DNA of 64,000 bases, taken from IMG/VR virus record IMGVR_UViG_3300019776_000212, positions 1 through 64,000 of that record. One strand, given 5' to 3'. Shown piece by piece: positions 51,186 to 62,223 of the stretch. Within the stretch, counting starts at the first letter, position 1; the number at the start of each line of letters is the position of its first letter. The notes under the pieces are model-generated. The model saw only the letters and a list, made by a program, of their open reading frames with translations. It was not told the origin of the DNA and did not search any database. A program made the translations under genes and the position numbers. This DNA comes from a virus.

Positions 51186-52241
51186 TCACAACACCCCCAT
51201 CTTGGCCAACATCTCTTGTACATTAATCCGATCACCACTCCAACGTCTCATATGTGCACAGTCAAAATACACTTGCATGATTTCAATGTAATCTTTGAGT
51301 TGTGTTTGTCCGAAGCAGTCTTTGTACAGTACCGGTTCTGGATACCACTCTTCAAACTGTGCGGCAAGAGTTCTGAGGGCTTCACGGTCATTTGTGCAAT
51401 CCTTGAGGAGGTTGTAAGCAGCAACTTCCCCAAACTGTGCCTTCCTTCCTTGCCTATCCTCTTCAATCTTCCAGAGGTCTGCGGCGTGGTAACAGTCAAC
51501 GTCGTCACCGTACAGCACTTGGAAGTAGAGCCAGAGACGCCCTGTACCCTTAACATCAGCTTCTTTACCCTTCTTAATTTCACGGTGAAGCTCACCGAAC
51601 CCTTGGATAAACCGTGGGGCTTTGTCTTTGTCAGGGTTGAACAGCCAGCCAGAGCATTGCAGGGCATCTTTGTCAGAGGTCACTTGGACAATCTTCCCTT
51701 CGCCCTTAAAGCCGCTGTAAGCGCGAATAGAGGACATATCATCCACCTCCTGCCCATGTACAGGCTTAGCACCCAACTCACGCTGCATGAAGTCTCTGAG
51801 CTCTTTGAGCTGTACAGGTCGAATGTTGCCCTCTCGCTTGCCTTTGTATGCACCAGCCCAAACAGGGTCAGTGCCCTTCTTCTTATTCACTTCGCTAGGC
51901 TTGTAAGCCTCTGGAAGTGGGATCAGGTCACGGAAGTTGTCATCACCGCTGATGTAGATCTCCCTACGGGAGATGCCTGTACGCATGCTGTAGCCCTTGA
52001 GCATATCACGGATAAGGTTTTCACCATAACTCAAGTGCTTTGGCTCTTGGATATCCTCAATGGTGTACATGTCTTCTGTGTGGTTTGTTGTGGACAGATA
52101 CTGTCGGAATGCTGTGCGATGGTCCCATGTTTCAGGGATGCCAGTGTCTTGGTGCACAGTTCGGATACGACGTCGTTCGTTTGCAGCGGCTGCCTTGTAT
52201 GCAATGCTATCTGCGTCACAAATCAGAGCATCATTATTCAC
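51186..52241 (-). CDS. 5'-3' exonuclease / RNase H
   Basis: DADS, NFR, YKGKR, EVDD, DKD, GDDVD. Confidence 0.85.
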   Translation of the reverse strand: MNNDALICDADSIAYKAAAANERRRIRTVHQDTGIPETWDHRTAFRQYLSTTNHTEDMYTIEDIQEPKHLSYGENLIRDMLKGYSMRTGISRREIYISGDDNFRDLIPLPEAYKPSEVNKKKGTDPVWAGAYKGKREGNIRPVQLKELRDFMQRELGAKPVHGQEVDDMSSIRAYSGFKGEGKIVQVTSDKDALQCSGWLFNPDKDKAPRFIQGFGELHREIKKGKEADVKGTGRLWLYFQVLYGDDVDCYHAADLWKIEEDRQGRKAQFGEVAAYNLLKDCTNDREALRTLAAQFEEWYPEPVLYKDCFGQTQLKDYIEIMQVYFDCAHMRRWSGDRINVQEMLAKMGVL

Positions 52242-52471
52242 CCATCACCTCCAGTTTGGTGAAACCGATCAAACCCTCTTCGTAAACCTCTTCGTAGGTC
52301 ATTTCACACTCAACCTCAAGCCAGTTGTTGAATTGTTCTCTTGCCCACGCAACAGCAGACTCTCGGGTGACCCACACGCGGTCTTGCTGACCAATCTCCC
52401 ATTCACACCAGATTGAATACATTTCATTACCTCCAGATGCAAGAAGGGGCGCACGAAGCGCCCCTTGTTAA

Positions 52472-52738
52472 TCACTTATTGTAGCCGGTCAGTCGTTCGT
52501 ATGTGTTCTGGATATCACCAGTACGTTCTGCATACTCTTCATACTGAGCGTCAGCTTCGATCTTTGCACAAGTGGCAACGATACTCACTCGGGCTGCGGG
52601 AAGGCCCTCGGGGTTGTCTTTCTTGTGATATTTTGCTGCATCTTTAGCGCCTTTGACAGCGTCATTGGCTGCCATTTGAGCAGTGATCAGCGGGACCAGT
52701 GCATCAAACAGTGCCTGCTCTTGTTCGTTAAATTGCAT
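52472..52738 (-). CDS. putative dsDNA-binding protein (DsbA/GapR-like)
   Basis: Helical 88-aa protein; resemblance only. Confidence 0.35.
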   Translation of the reverse strand: MQFNEQEQALFDALVPLITAQMAANDAVKGAKDAAKYHKKDNPEGLPAARVSIVATCAKIEADAQYEEYAERTGDIQNTYERLTGYNK

Positions 52739-53267
52739 TTTTACTCCTTACCGGCGACGACGGTGAATTTTACTATCTGCCACAGCTACGAAAGCTGCAC
52801 CCAGACAAATGAAAACGATCCAGATGATTGGGATAATCCAGAATGGGGCCAACACCCAAACCCAGCTAAGGGCAATCAACCCACAAAGCTTCAAGATCAC
52901 CAGCACAACTCCAATTACACCAAGCAGGCTCATTTCAGCCATCCCAGCTCTTTGGCTTTCTGGAGAGCTTTGATCAAGTTGTCTGCGTGTTCAGCAGAGC
53001 TGATAACAACATAATCACCACCATCAGAGATGGCTACACTATTCTCGCCTTTACTTCGTTGCTTCCAACGCTCGATTGAAAATCCTTGGATGTAGTTAGG
53101 GCCTTCGCCTCGGTTGAAATCTCGTTCTGCGAATTGAATTGTGTGAATCTCAGCCTCTGGCTTACGTACGTCGAAATTCATTCTAGTCTCCTTGTTTGTT
53201 TAGATGGGGCCAATGCCCGAGGAACGAGGGCCACTTTACCAGCTGGCCCTTCCTGAGTCAAGCCCTA

Positions 53268-54293
53268 TTAAAAGGGAATATCCTCATCAAACTCGTCTTC
53301 CTTCTGAGGAATCGGAGTCACCTCTGGCTTCGGAACAGCTTGTTCAGCTGGCTTGTCGCCTTGTGGCTTGTAACCTTCACCGATTACTGCTTTCAGAGGG
53401 CTGTCAGTGACGACGCCTTGTTCTTCACGGGTGAAGTTCAGAGCTTTACGCTGGTGGTTCTTGATCGAAGCACGGGCTTCAAGAGCCGCGTTCTTGTCAA
53501 GATTGGTGTCCCACATTTGCACCAGAGCCAGAGTTACATCAGCTGGCAGCTCAGGAATCGGCAAGCCTTCTGGCACCATACCAGCGAGGTTGATTCGCTC
53601 GGTGTAGAAGCCTTTGGCGTTGTTGAACACCTGAATCTGGAACTGTACAGTTTTGCCAAGCAGCTCGTCAATACGCTCCGCCTTGAACAGACCATCAGCA
53701 TCCAGCAGACCAGCAGCTTCTGCCAACTTGTGGATACCGTTGTTCTTGGCCAGTGCCCACTTTGCAGCACCCGGTTTGCCTTGGTTGTGGTTCATCGAAC
53801 GCAGGTTGTAGGGGCGTTGCACCAGACGATTGAACTCACCGTTCAGAATCAGGCGAAGTGGCATTGGCTTGGATTCACCAGTGATGAACGAGCCTTTGTC
53901 AACCATGATCTGAGGGAAGTCAGCAGCAATAGCGATTTGCTGAACAGGTTTTTGCTTGTAGCGGAAGCACATATTACCTTCGAACATCTCGAAGCGAGCA
54001 TCTTCACGCTTGCTTTCAGAGATGATTCTCTGGGCATCAGCCCCAGCCACATCACCGTCGAATGGGCCAACACGTTTCAGCCACTCAGCATCAGTGATCT
54101 GGATTGCTGCATCTGCAAGCTCTTGCAGACCCAAGTCGTAAATGCCGGTGATTGTGCCGGGCAGAGAACGTGGTTTGCTCTGAGTATTGGCAGCGTCGAT
54201 GACGTGCTGATTCATTGCCTTGTAATCAACTTGACGGCGTGGAGCCTGCTCGCTGCCGGAAGTTTGTGCGTTACCTGCTGTCATGAAAGCCAT
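53268..54293 (-). CDS. putative single-stranded DNA-binding protein
   Basis: IYDLG.Q motif; acidic C-tail ending EDIPF; located in the replication block. Confidence 0.6.
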   Translation of the reverse strand: MAFMTAGNAQTSGSEQAPRRQVDYKAMNQHVIDAANTQSKPRSLPGTITGIYDLGLQELADAAIQITDAEWLKRVGPFDGDVAGADAQRIISESKREDARFEMFEGNMCFRYKQKPVQQIAIAADFPQIMVDKGSFITGESKPMPLRLILNGEFNRLVQRPYNLRSMNHNQGKPGAAKWALAKNNGIHKLAEAAGLLDADGLFKAERIDELLGKTVQFQIQVFNNAKGFYTERINLAGMVPEGLPIPELPADVTLALVQMWDTNLDKNAALEARASIKNHQRKALNFTREEQGVVTDSPLKAVIGEGYKPQGDKPAEQAVPKPEVTPIPQKEDEFDEDIPF

Positions 54294-54377
54294 TTGCTTC
54301 TCCTATCTAAATTGCCCACTTACTGGGGCTGAAATGAAAAGGGAACCTTTTCGGGTTCCCTTATTTATTGGAAGCTC

Positions 54378-55088
54378 TTACCGAACTTCTTTGTGTGCGT
54401 TGTACTGGATGATGACAACGCCTTTCTCTTTACCGCCGAGGGTGGCCTTGATAGCCCGAGCCCGCTTACGGTTCTTTGTGAGCAGAATGGATGTGCCATC
54501 GCTCAGCTGCACTTCGTAAACAACCTTGGTGCGTGGCTTCACTTCCTCTGCCTTATGTTTGACAGTGTACTGCGGTTTCTGTTCTGTGTCAACAGCCTTC
54601 TCAAGCTTTTTCACACGGAAGAAAGTGGCTACTTTGAGATGCCGCTGCACAAACCACAAACCATTATCGAAGGTTTCACCAAACTGGAGGTGATAGTGTT
54701 CAGAGCCATTGTCGATGGCGAGCACAGTGAATACCCCACCAGCCACAACACCATACTGACTGTTCTCAGATCCATCTTCTGCAATGTTACTTGGGAGATA
54801 GTTTTTGGTGTAGGCTACATCACCTACCCCCAGCTTGTCAAGGCTGACGATCTCCATCTCAACAACGTCACAGGCGTGGAGACATTGTGAGTAGTTGTCG
54901 GACTTAGCCCACTTAGACTCCGAGCACGCCGGACGTCCGAAGACCAGCTCGGCTGTGGTGGCGCCGCTGAGGTATACGTTTCTACTGTCGGCGTAGCCAG
55001 TCAGAATCTGGCCAGCTTTGTAACCGTGCATGATTCGTGGGCGTTGTTCGGATTGGTAGTCACGAAGTACCATGAAATACTGAGTCAT
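54378..55088 (-). CDS. hypothetical protein
   Basis: 236-aa ORF, GGAG RBS, terminator downstream. Confidence 0.7.
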   Translation of the reverse strand: MTQYFMVLRDYQSEQRPRIMHGYKAGQILTGYADSRNVYLSGATTAELVFGRPACSESKWAKSDNYSQCLHACDVVEMEIVSLDKLGVGDVAYTKNYLPSNIAEDGSENSQYGVVAGGVFTVLAIDNGSEHYHLQFGETFDNGLWFVQRHLKVATFFRVKKLEKAVDTEQKPQYTVKHKAEEVKPRTKVVYEVQLSDGTSILLTKNRKRARAIKATLGGKEKGVVIIQYNAHKEVR

Positions 55089-55577
55089 TATTTACTCTCC
55101 TTTTTGAGATGATCTTTCTTCACGTAGCTTTGAATACCACGTGCATTCTGGCAAAGATAACCCTCGAAGATGAAATTGTAATTGGCGATGGCTGTTACAA
55201 CCTCACCATGCTGGAACAGGTGGTCAAACTTATTTCCACCCACTACAACGTATTTATCCATCAGCCTTCGCCTCGATCAATTGCTTCCTGAGCTTTAGCG
55301 GCTTCCTCAAATTTCTTCAAGGCTTTGCGAAGCTTCTTCGACCCTTCTACGTCGAGGATGACGTTATCGCCGGTGAGGTTGATGGCGAATGATGCATACT
55401 GCTTACCTTTGAAGCCTCCCTTAATGACGTCCAAATCGACACCAAGGGTATCTCCGTAGATATCTGTGAATTCGAGACGATGTTCTTGTTCCATATTACT
55501 CTCCTTTGTTTGTTGTGCTTCGATGAGGTGAATAATACATACTTCACCTCACCTTGTCAACACCTAAAATACCTAAA

Positions 55578-57845
55578 TTAGTGAATGTCGCTGTATCTTG
55601 GGCCGAATTGAGTTTCGCAGTCAAGCTTACGACGCAGACCATAGTCCTCATTCACCTTGTGTACAGCATCCTTGATCATCTTTGCGATGATCAGGCGGTT
55701 TGCCTCAGTGTCACCCATGCAGATGATGCATTCGTCGTGGAACGAGCCCGACAGCCGCTTCACACCCCATTTAGCTTTCATTGCAGTCAGGATGTTATCC
55801 ACCCACATATCGAAGAAGAACGAGCCAGTGCCTTGGGCCAGTGTAGAGAATCGGTCACTCTCCTTACGAAGAGAGTAGCAGAAGCCGTTGATTGGGTTTA
55901 CCAACCACTTCGCACCACGTGCATCCCGAATCACCACCTGCTCTTCTGCAATAGCCTTAACGCTCCAGTTCAGCTCCCAGTAAGCTTTGTGCAGAATGAT
56001 GCCCTCAGCCTCAGGAACACCTGCTGCTTGAGCAATCTTAGCAGCGCCAGCGTTGTACACGGAAGCGTAGTTTGTAGTCTTACCCTTCTTACGTGCTGCT
56101 ACAGCGTTCTTACTCTTCTTACCAGCCTTGAAGTCGTCAAACTCTTGCTGGGTCACCATCTTGGCGATAAGCGCCATCAGGATGTGTGGATCGAAGTCAT
56201 CAGCCTGCATCGTCTCAACATACTCTGGGTCATGCGGGAGCATGAAGTGGTGCTTCACACGGTCTTCAAGAGACGACATGTCAGAGCCTACCAGAATCTT
56301 CTTCAAGCCTGCAATCAACCCGCCACGAATGTCATAGCCATAAGCCTTGTCCACGCCCGGCAGGTTTACCAGCTCACGGTGCTTAACACGCAGGGTGTTA
56401 GTGAATCCACCAATGCGCGCCTTCAACCATTCTCCATCCTCCAGAGCTTCAAGGAAGCCCTCAAGAACACCCAGACGGTTTTTGGCCACAGTGTAGTCAG
56501 CATACACCTTAATCTGTGGAACCTCTTCTGCCAAGTCTTCCAGAGAAGGGCAAAGCTCCTTGCCGTCATCACCAGCTCGGGTTACTTGTGGAATCTCACG
56601 TTCTTTCGGACGGTTCTCCTTCCACTCTGCCCAAGCTCTTTGGTTCTTTGCATTCTTGCCTTTTGGCTTGCTGGCCACCCATTTGTTGAAAGCCTCTTCG
56701 TCTTTCTCGTATTTGAAGGTTTGAGGAATCCAACCCATCGCAAACAAGAAGTCTTTCACCTGTGCAGGGGAGCCACAGTTTGGTTCTTCGTTCTTGTTCC
56801 ACACACGATAATACTGCTCACCACGCTCATCCACTCCATCTTCTGGGTTGATGTAGACAAGCACCTTACCCGTTTCTGGGTCTGTTGCTTGATCTGCGTA
56901 GTCAGCCATTACACCGTCCCACTTAATCCAGTGGGATGCCCTGTCGCCGTTCTTTTTGAACGGGTCGATCTTCGGTGAACTCTTCTTGACATACTTTGGC
57001 ACCTTTGGCATTACGCTTTCCAGCTCTGCCTTGGCAGCCTCTACGATCTTTGCGAGCTTGTCACGGCTAGCGATCACAGTGGGAACATCCACCTGCCAGC
57101 GAGTCTTCTCCTGCAACCGTGCACAATCCATTTTGAACATCAGGAATGTGAGGATACTGTCAACTGCACTGTCAACCGAACGTCCAACCATATCGTCAAT
57201 TGGAATCCACTCATCAGCATGCTGACGTCGGCCACCGACGTTCAACCAGTTGCCCGTCTTTTGATCTTCAACACCATTGTCAATAGCATCTTGAGCAATC
57301 GTGTAGATGTTCTCAAGTCGAGCCATGTGGTCGTCCCACAGTGCCCAGTTGATCTTAACGTCCTCTTGGCATCGGTGAGTCATAGAGTCCAAGAACTCTT
57401 CAAGGGTTTCACCCTCTTGTTGCTCCCAGTGCTCGATAGCTGGCTTGGCAATGCCGTAGTCGGCAAAGAACGAATCCAAGCCGTGCATGTTACGGTCTGG
57501 GCTCAAGTACCAGCTAGTTGCCAGAGTGTCGATCACCATCAAATTGGTGAGATCAATTCCAAACAGCTTTTCCAAAGCTGGTGCGTCGTAGCCGATACCG
57601 TTGTGCATTACAATTGGAATGCCATTCTTGATGTGGTAGTCAAGGAAGGCAACCACTTGGGCCTTATAGTCACGGCCCTTTGCATCCAGACGATCACGAC
57701 GAATGGTTTTTTCGATGAATGCACCTTCCAGACCGGGGCTGTGCATCTTGTAAGACAACACGTGCATCTCAGTTACTGCGTACAACAGGCCATTGGCCTC
57801 GACGTCAGCTACAGTGGCCTTACGCCAGTTTGTCACCTGTTTCAT
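55578..57845 (-). CDS. family A DNA polymerase with a 3'-5' exonuclease domain
   Basis: DVE, HNGIGYD, CQED (exo); DMSSLEDR (A), KTTNYASVY (B), FHDE (C). Confidence 0.93.
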   Translation of the reverse strand: MKQVTNWRKATVADVEANGLLYAVTEMHVLSYKMHSPGLEGAFIEKTIRRDRLDAKGRDYKAQVVAFLDYHIKNGIPIVMHNGIGYDAPALEKLFGIDLTNLMVIDTLATSWYLSPDRNMHGLDSFFADYGIAKPAIEHWEQQEGETLEEFLDSMTHRCQEDVKINWALWDDHMARLENIYTIAQDAIDNGVEDQKTGNWLNVGGRRQHADEWIPIDDMVGRSVDSAVDSILTFLMFKMDCARLQEKTRWQVDVPTVIASRDKLAKIVEAAKAELESVMPKVPKYVKKSSPKIDPFKKNGDRASHWIKWDGVMADYADQATDPETGKVLVYINPEDGVDERGEQYYRVWNKNEEPNCGSPAQVKDFLFAMGWIPQTFKYEKDEEAFNKWVASKPKGKNAKNQRAWAEWKENRPKEREIPQVTRAGDDGKELCPSLEDLAEEVPQIKVYADYTVAKNRLGVLEGFLEALEDGEWLKARIGGFTNTLRVKHRELVNLPGVDKAYGYDIRGGLIAGLKKILVGSDMSSLEDRVKHHFMLPHDPEYVETMQADDFDPHILMALIAKMVTQQEFDDFKAGKKSKNAVAARKKGKTTNYASVYNAGAAKIAQAAGVPEAEGIILHKAYWELNWSVKAIAEEQVVIRDARGAKWLVNPINGFCYSLRKESDRFSTLAQGTGSFFFDMWVDNILTAMKAKWGVKRLSGSFHDECIICMGDTEANRLIIAKMIKDAVHKVNEDYGLRRKLDCETQFGPRYSDIH

Positions 57846-57907
57846 TTTCGCCTCCTTTAAAATGACGAAAGGGAGAGTACCCTAAGGCACCCTCCCATGT
57901 CAACTAC

Positions 57908-59791
57908 TCAGTCCTCGCTACCTTCGGCAGCAAGCTTGTTTGCTTCCCACTCTTGCCTCACCTTCGGATGACGGTCCATATAATCCTCAAGATCATGGAT
58001 GGTGTGGGTTTCGTTATCGTAATAATACTCGCCCGCCTTGGGGCTCGTATTGCCAGTCCAACGGCACTTGGTCATCTTCATGCGAGTGATGTTACGCTCG
58101 ATTGGGCACTCAGCCTCTTTGTTACGGGTGAACAGCAGGTTGCATGCACCAGACTTGAAGATTGCAGAAGACCCTTGGAAGTCCTCTTCGCTCAGGTCTG
58201 CACCTTGCGAGTTCTGCTTGCCGCCACCAGCACTCTTACGGACGTGGTTGATGTTGATGAACGTCACCTTGTGGGATTTGTTCATACCCTTCTGCCAACG
58301 CATGAATACAGCTTGCTCTTCGTTCGACATTCCGTCAAGGATATCTTGCAGAGGGTCAAGGATGATCACCTTGCAATCACAGGCAACAATCAGCTCCATG
58401 ATCTTCGCTTTCAGGTCATCCAATCCACCATCACGCTCATCCATCAGGTAGTAGCGGTGGCTGCCATCTGGGAGGAATTCGATATCAGTTTGTTGAGCTT
58501 CAACCTCTGGACGGCACAGATACTCATACTTGTCCTGAGGCGATTCGATAAGGTCAATCTTCAACCCCATCTTACGAGACAGCAGTTTGATGCCGTATTC
58601 GTCAACGTCCGACTCCAGAGACACAACACCAATCTTGTGCGGAGACTCATAAATCCAGAACAACACACATTCGTCAACGATGGTTGATTTACCAGTACCA
58701 GATGCAGAACCCAAGTTGATGATACGCCCAAGTGGGAAACCACCAGCAGTCATCTTTTGCAGCTTCTTCATGAACGGAGGCAGTGGAATCTTTGGAACCA
58801 GAACACTCTGCTTCATACGGTCCATCATGCCACCACTACCAACAATACCGTTTGGTGTATGTGGAAGTGCACGGAAGACACGGTTTACGAAGTCTTCATG
58901 CTTACCCTTCACAAGGTATTCGTTAGGATCTTTCAGGTCCATAGACATGATGTGGCACTTGCCCTTCGGCATTGCCTTCACCAGCTTCTCAGCGGCATCT
59001 TTGCCAGCTTCGTCACTGTCCATGCAGATGATGATCTTCTCGAAACGGTCAAACCACTGGTAGTGCTTGACAGCTTGTTTGTGTGCACCAGCCTCACCGA
59101 TGGTGGACGATACAACAGGAATCGGATCATACTGAGTGCCGTTACGGGCGTTAGCTTTGTCTTGGTAGTCTTTCAGCATCTGGAATGCTGACAGTTGATC
59201 CACCTCACCGCCGACAACGATTACTCGGCTGCCCTTGCCACCCATATGGTTTTTGAAACGGAAGTAGCCAAACAGGTCGGCGTCCTTACCAGTTTCACCC
59301 AATGGAGGTTGACTGAAATCCTTGGGGATACGACGGATTTTGTAGCCGGTCAATGCACCGTCAGTCGTGCAAGGATAGTATTGTTTTGCGACTTCACCAG
59401 TCTTTGTGTCGATCTCATGTCGTACACCAAAGAACGTGGTAATTTCAGCACGGATGCCACGGAAGCCTTTGCTATCAGTTGTTGTGATAGCTTTCAGGTC
59501 TTCGTGGATCTGCGGATTGAATGCTGTACCCACTACATCAAACTCCTCTTCATGTGGCTCTTCGCCACGTGCTTCAATCTCTTCTTCGCTCAGGAGGGTG
59601 TATCCACAACGGCCACCCCAACAGAACGCTCCTTTGTGCTTACCAGTGGAGTGATCAGTGCCATACACCATAAGGTTGTCGCCACTACTGTCTCCACCTT
59701 TCTGTGCACACTTCGGACACTGCACTTTACCCTCTTGGTAAAGATCAATGCCGTACAACCTCAACACTTTTTCGTGAAGCTTTTCTTTCAT
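57908..59791 (-). CDS. primase-helicase
   Basis: CPKC zinc finger, GEVD, DSDEAG TOPRIM, SASGTGKS, ILDP, HVRK, KCR. Confidence 0.93.
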   Translation of the reverse strand: MKEKLHEKVLRLYGIDLYQEGKVQCPKCAQKGGDSSGDNLMVYGTDHSTGKHKGAFCWGGRCGYTLLSEEEIEARGEEPHEEEFDVVGTAFNPQIHEDLKAITTTDSKGFRGIRAEITTFFGVRHEIDTKTGEVAKQYYPCTTDGALTGYKIRRIPKDFSQPPLGETGKDADLFGYFRFKNHMGGKGSRVIVVGGEVDQLSAFQMLKDYQDKANARNGTQYDPIPVVSSTIGEAGAHKQAVKHYQWFDRFEKIIICMDSDEAGKDAAEKLVKAMPKGKCHIMSMDLKDPNEYLVKGKHEDFVNRVFRALPHTPNGIVGSGGMMDRMKQSVLVPKIPLPPFMKKLQKMTAGGFPLGRIINLGSASGTGKSTIVDECVLFWIYESPHKIGVVSLESDVDEYGIKLLSRKMGLKIDLIESPQDKYEYLCRPEVEAQQTDIEFLPDGSHRYYLMDERDGGLDDLKAKIMELIVACDCKVIILDPLQDILDGMSNEEQAVFMRWQKGMNKSHKVTFININHVRKSAGGGKQNSQGADLSEEDFQGSSAIFKSGACNLLFTRNKEAECPIERNITRMKMTKCRWTGNTSPKAGEYYYDNETHTIHDLEDYMDRHPKVRQEWEANKLAAEGSED

Positions 59792-60710
59792 ACCAACTCC
59801 AGTTCAGACGCATTGAACCACAATGCGGTTGCGTCCACTTCATTGTACTCAGAGTCTTCTATTACTCCGAGATTCACTTCGTACTCTGGACAGTCAGGAT
59901 CATCCCAAGTTTCCTTAGCATACACCTTAGTGATGGTGCCGATCATACCATAGAACGGCCCACTGTCAAGCACCCTTACCTGATTTCCACGCTTCACTTC
60001 AACACCTCCACATAACCTTTTTCTGCCCAGATGTGATCCACTCCGTATCCAAGCTCATCGTGGTATGTGCACATACCCATGAACTCTACGTAAGCCGGGT
60101 CGTTGTCAGTAATGGTTTTGACAGTGAACTGATAACCACTCTTAAGCCCAGTATTGTCGCTATCGACCACAACAAGCTTAGTTCCAATCTTAAGGATATC
60201 CATCACATTTTCACCAGAGTAATCTGGAGCTTGTCGTCACGGGAAGCGGCATGTTCGATGGCCAGCTTGGCTCGGTCACGTTCAGGTACGGAGGCAAACT
60301 CCACAACGGAGGTGGACCCGCCTTCAAGCTCCCAGCCATTTTTCATGAATTTTATGATGATGAGCAGTTTGTACATTATTCATCTCCTTTGTGTTTGTGC
60401 TTTGGTTTTCTACGGTACACACCCTTCTTAGGTGTTTCCACCTTGTGCTTGTTAACTCTCCGATTTGGAGCTGCAAGTGGGTTTCTGTTCAAATCTGTCT
60501 CACCCATGTCCACTGAGATTCAATAGGGTTGCTGTGGTTTACCCAGTATTTGTCTTCACGGCCTTTGGCATCAAAAACCACGACAACAGACTCACAATTT
60601 AAGGATGGATAGATTTTTACGTCATACACACACCCTCGTGGTCATCATACAGCTTCTTCGCAAACTCCACAAGCCTTTCAGTGACCTTATCCATGCTTCC
60701 TCCAAATTCA

Positions 60711-60741
60711 GGCGTAAAAATGGCCCCGCGTGAGCAGGGCC
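60711..60741 (-). repeat. dispersed 31-bp element, copy 4
   Basis: Reverse complement GGCCCTGCTCACGCGGGGCCATTTTTACGCC. Confidence 0.9.
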
Positions 60742-61336
60742 GATAAGCTTAGAAGCGTTTGATGCTCAGGGTAAACTCACCGTGCTCGACAATACGGCCA
60801 TACTCCAGCACTTCGTAATGACCAGTGTCGTAAGCAAGGAGCAGGGAGCACCCGTCGAAGCGGTCAAGGCCGCTCAGCAGCTTGAAGTCACAGCTGTGGA
60901 AGACTACACCAGCATCACCGATGTTTTCCCAGCCATCATAACTTTTCAGGAAAGCTTTTTCAACACCCATTTCACGTTCAAAAATACGCATTCATCTCCC
61001 CTTATTTAAAATATTCGTCGATATAAACCAGAGCCTCAGCCTTAGTCATTGGCTTGCCCTCAACTTCGATGCAAGAGCGTTTGATCTCAGAGACAGCTAC
61101 CACAAATTTTGGAACACCCTCTTCATGGGGCTGTTCCCTCCAGTAACTGAGGGTGTCACCTACCGTGATGCTGCCATTGCGCTCTGTGTAGAAATAGAGA
61201 CGGTCAAGATTGCGCATGCCATCACCCCCGCTAGCCCAAGTGTAACCAAGGCTGAACAGGTGGCGAAGAAGAGCTTCCGCCTCATCGCGAGTGCTCACTT
61301 TGAATTTCAGGCGTTTAAAGTTCATAAACTGCTCCT

Positions 61337-61744
61337 TTAATGTTTGCTTGCTCGTTTGCCAGCCGTGAATATACAGCCCTGTTCCTTGTTGGGTGCATCG
61401 TTGTCAACAGCCCAAGGGTTGTCGTCAATCCAAATTGCCACTTCAATGCCTTGGGACTTCATGTATTCACGTTTGGCTTGCAGTGAAGTATAGAACACAA
61501 CGAATCCCGCGTCAACAAGAAATTGGAGGTCTTCTGGATACACATCTGGTGCCCGCCAAGTGCAAATCACCACGTGGTAGCCAATACGCTCCAAATTGCG
61601 GAGGATCTGGAGCCAGCCAGATTCATTATCGCTGATTGTTTCGTCGAAGTCCACAGCAACAACCTTCGGCTCTTGCATCATGAAATCAGTACGAGCCCAC
61701 GGATCAATATTCCGTGGTGGTTTAAATCCAGCCAGTGTTTCCAT
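61337..61744 (-). CDS. HAD-superfamily phosphatase
   Basis: VDFDETI, CTWR, K, IDD. Confidence 0.8.
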   Translation of the reverse strand: METLAGFKPPRNIDPWARTDFMMQEPKVVAVDFDETISDNESGWLQILRNLERIGYHVVICTWRAPDVYPEDLQFLVDAGFVVFYTSLQAKREYMKSQGIEVAIWIDDNPWAVDNDAPNKEQGCIFTAGKRASKH

Positions 61745-61947
61745 CAGTTGCTCCTTTAGCGAACCTGTAAATGTAGTTTTTAACAACCTCACAACCCCAT
61801 CCATCGACAACGGCCAACCCTTTAATGTGGGACGGGATGGCATAGTAGGCCATGTCAATCACGAAGTCTTTTGGGCTATCGTTACCGGCAGCAACGAACG
61901 CATCATAGATGGTGTCGTAAGCTGCCTTTGGTGCTTGTAAAGCCATA

Positions 61948-62223
61948 TTACCTCCCGTAGTACTGCCACATGACAGCGTTACAATAAGCGTGGACTGCAC
62001 CCTCTGTCAGCCCGGTTTTGTGGTCGTGTTGCAGATGTACAGGATATTTAAGGAAGTTCGGTGGAAGCCGCTTCCAATTGATATCCAGCAATGCTACAGC
62101 TCTTGGCACTGGTTTGTCAAGTGGTGATGAGCAAAAGAGGCAGATGCCCTTCTGGTACTTTACATACTCTTCCCGCTTAAGACGTCTCTCATAAGGTGTG
62201 AGGTTATCGTAGATTACGTGCAT
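61948..62223 (-). CDS. endonuclease VII-like protein
   Basis: Q.GICLFC...HDHKTG..G.VH..CN. Confidence 0.7.
   Translation of the reverse strand: MHVIYDNLTPYERRLKREEYVKYQKGICLFCSSPLDKPVPRAVALLDINWKRLPPNFLKYPVHLQHDHKTGLTEGAVHAYCNAVMWQYYGR

Noticed and set aside
43134-57845. Introns or inteins in nrdA, nrdB, thyX or the polymerase
   Set aside because: The ORFs are continuous and of ordinary size, with no intein termini seen; the HNH genes are free-standing
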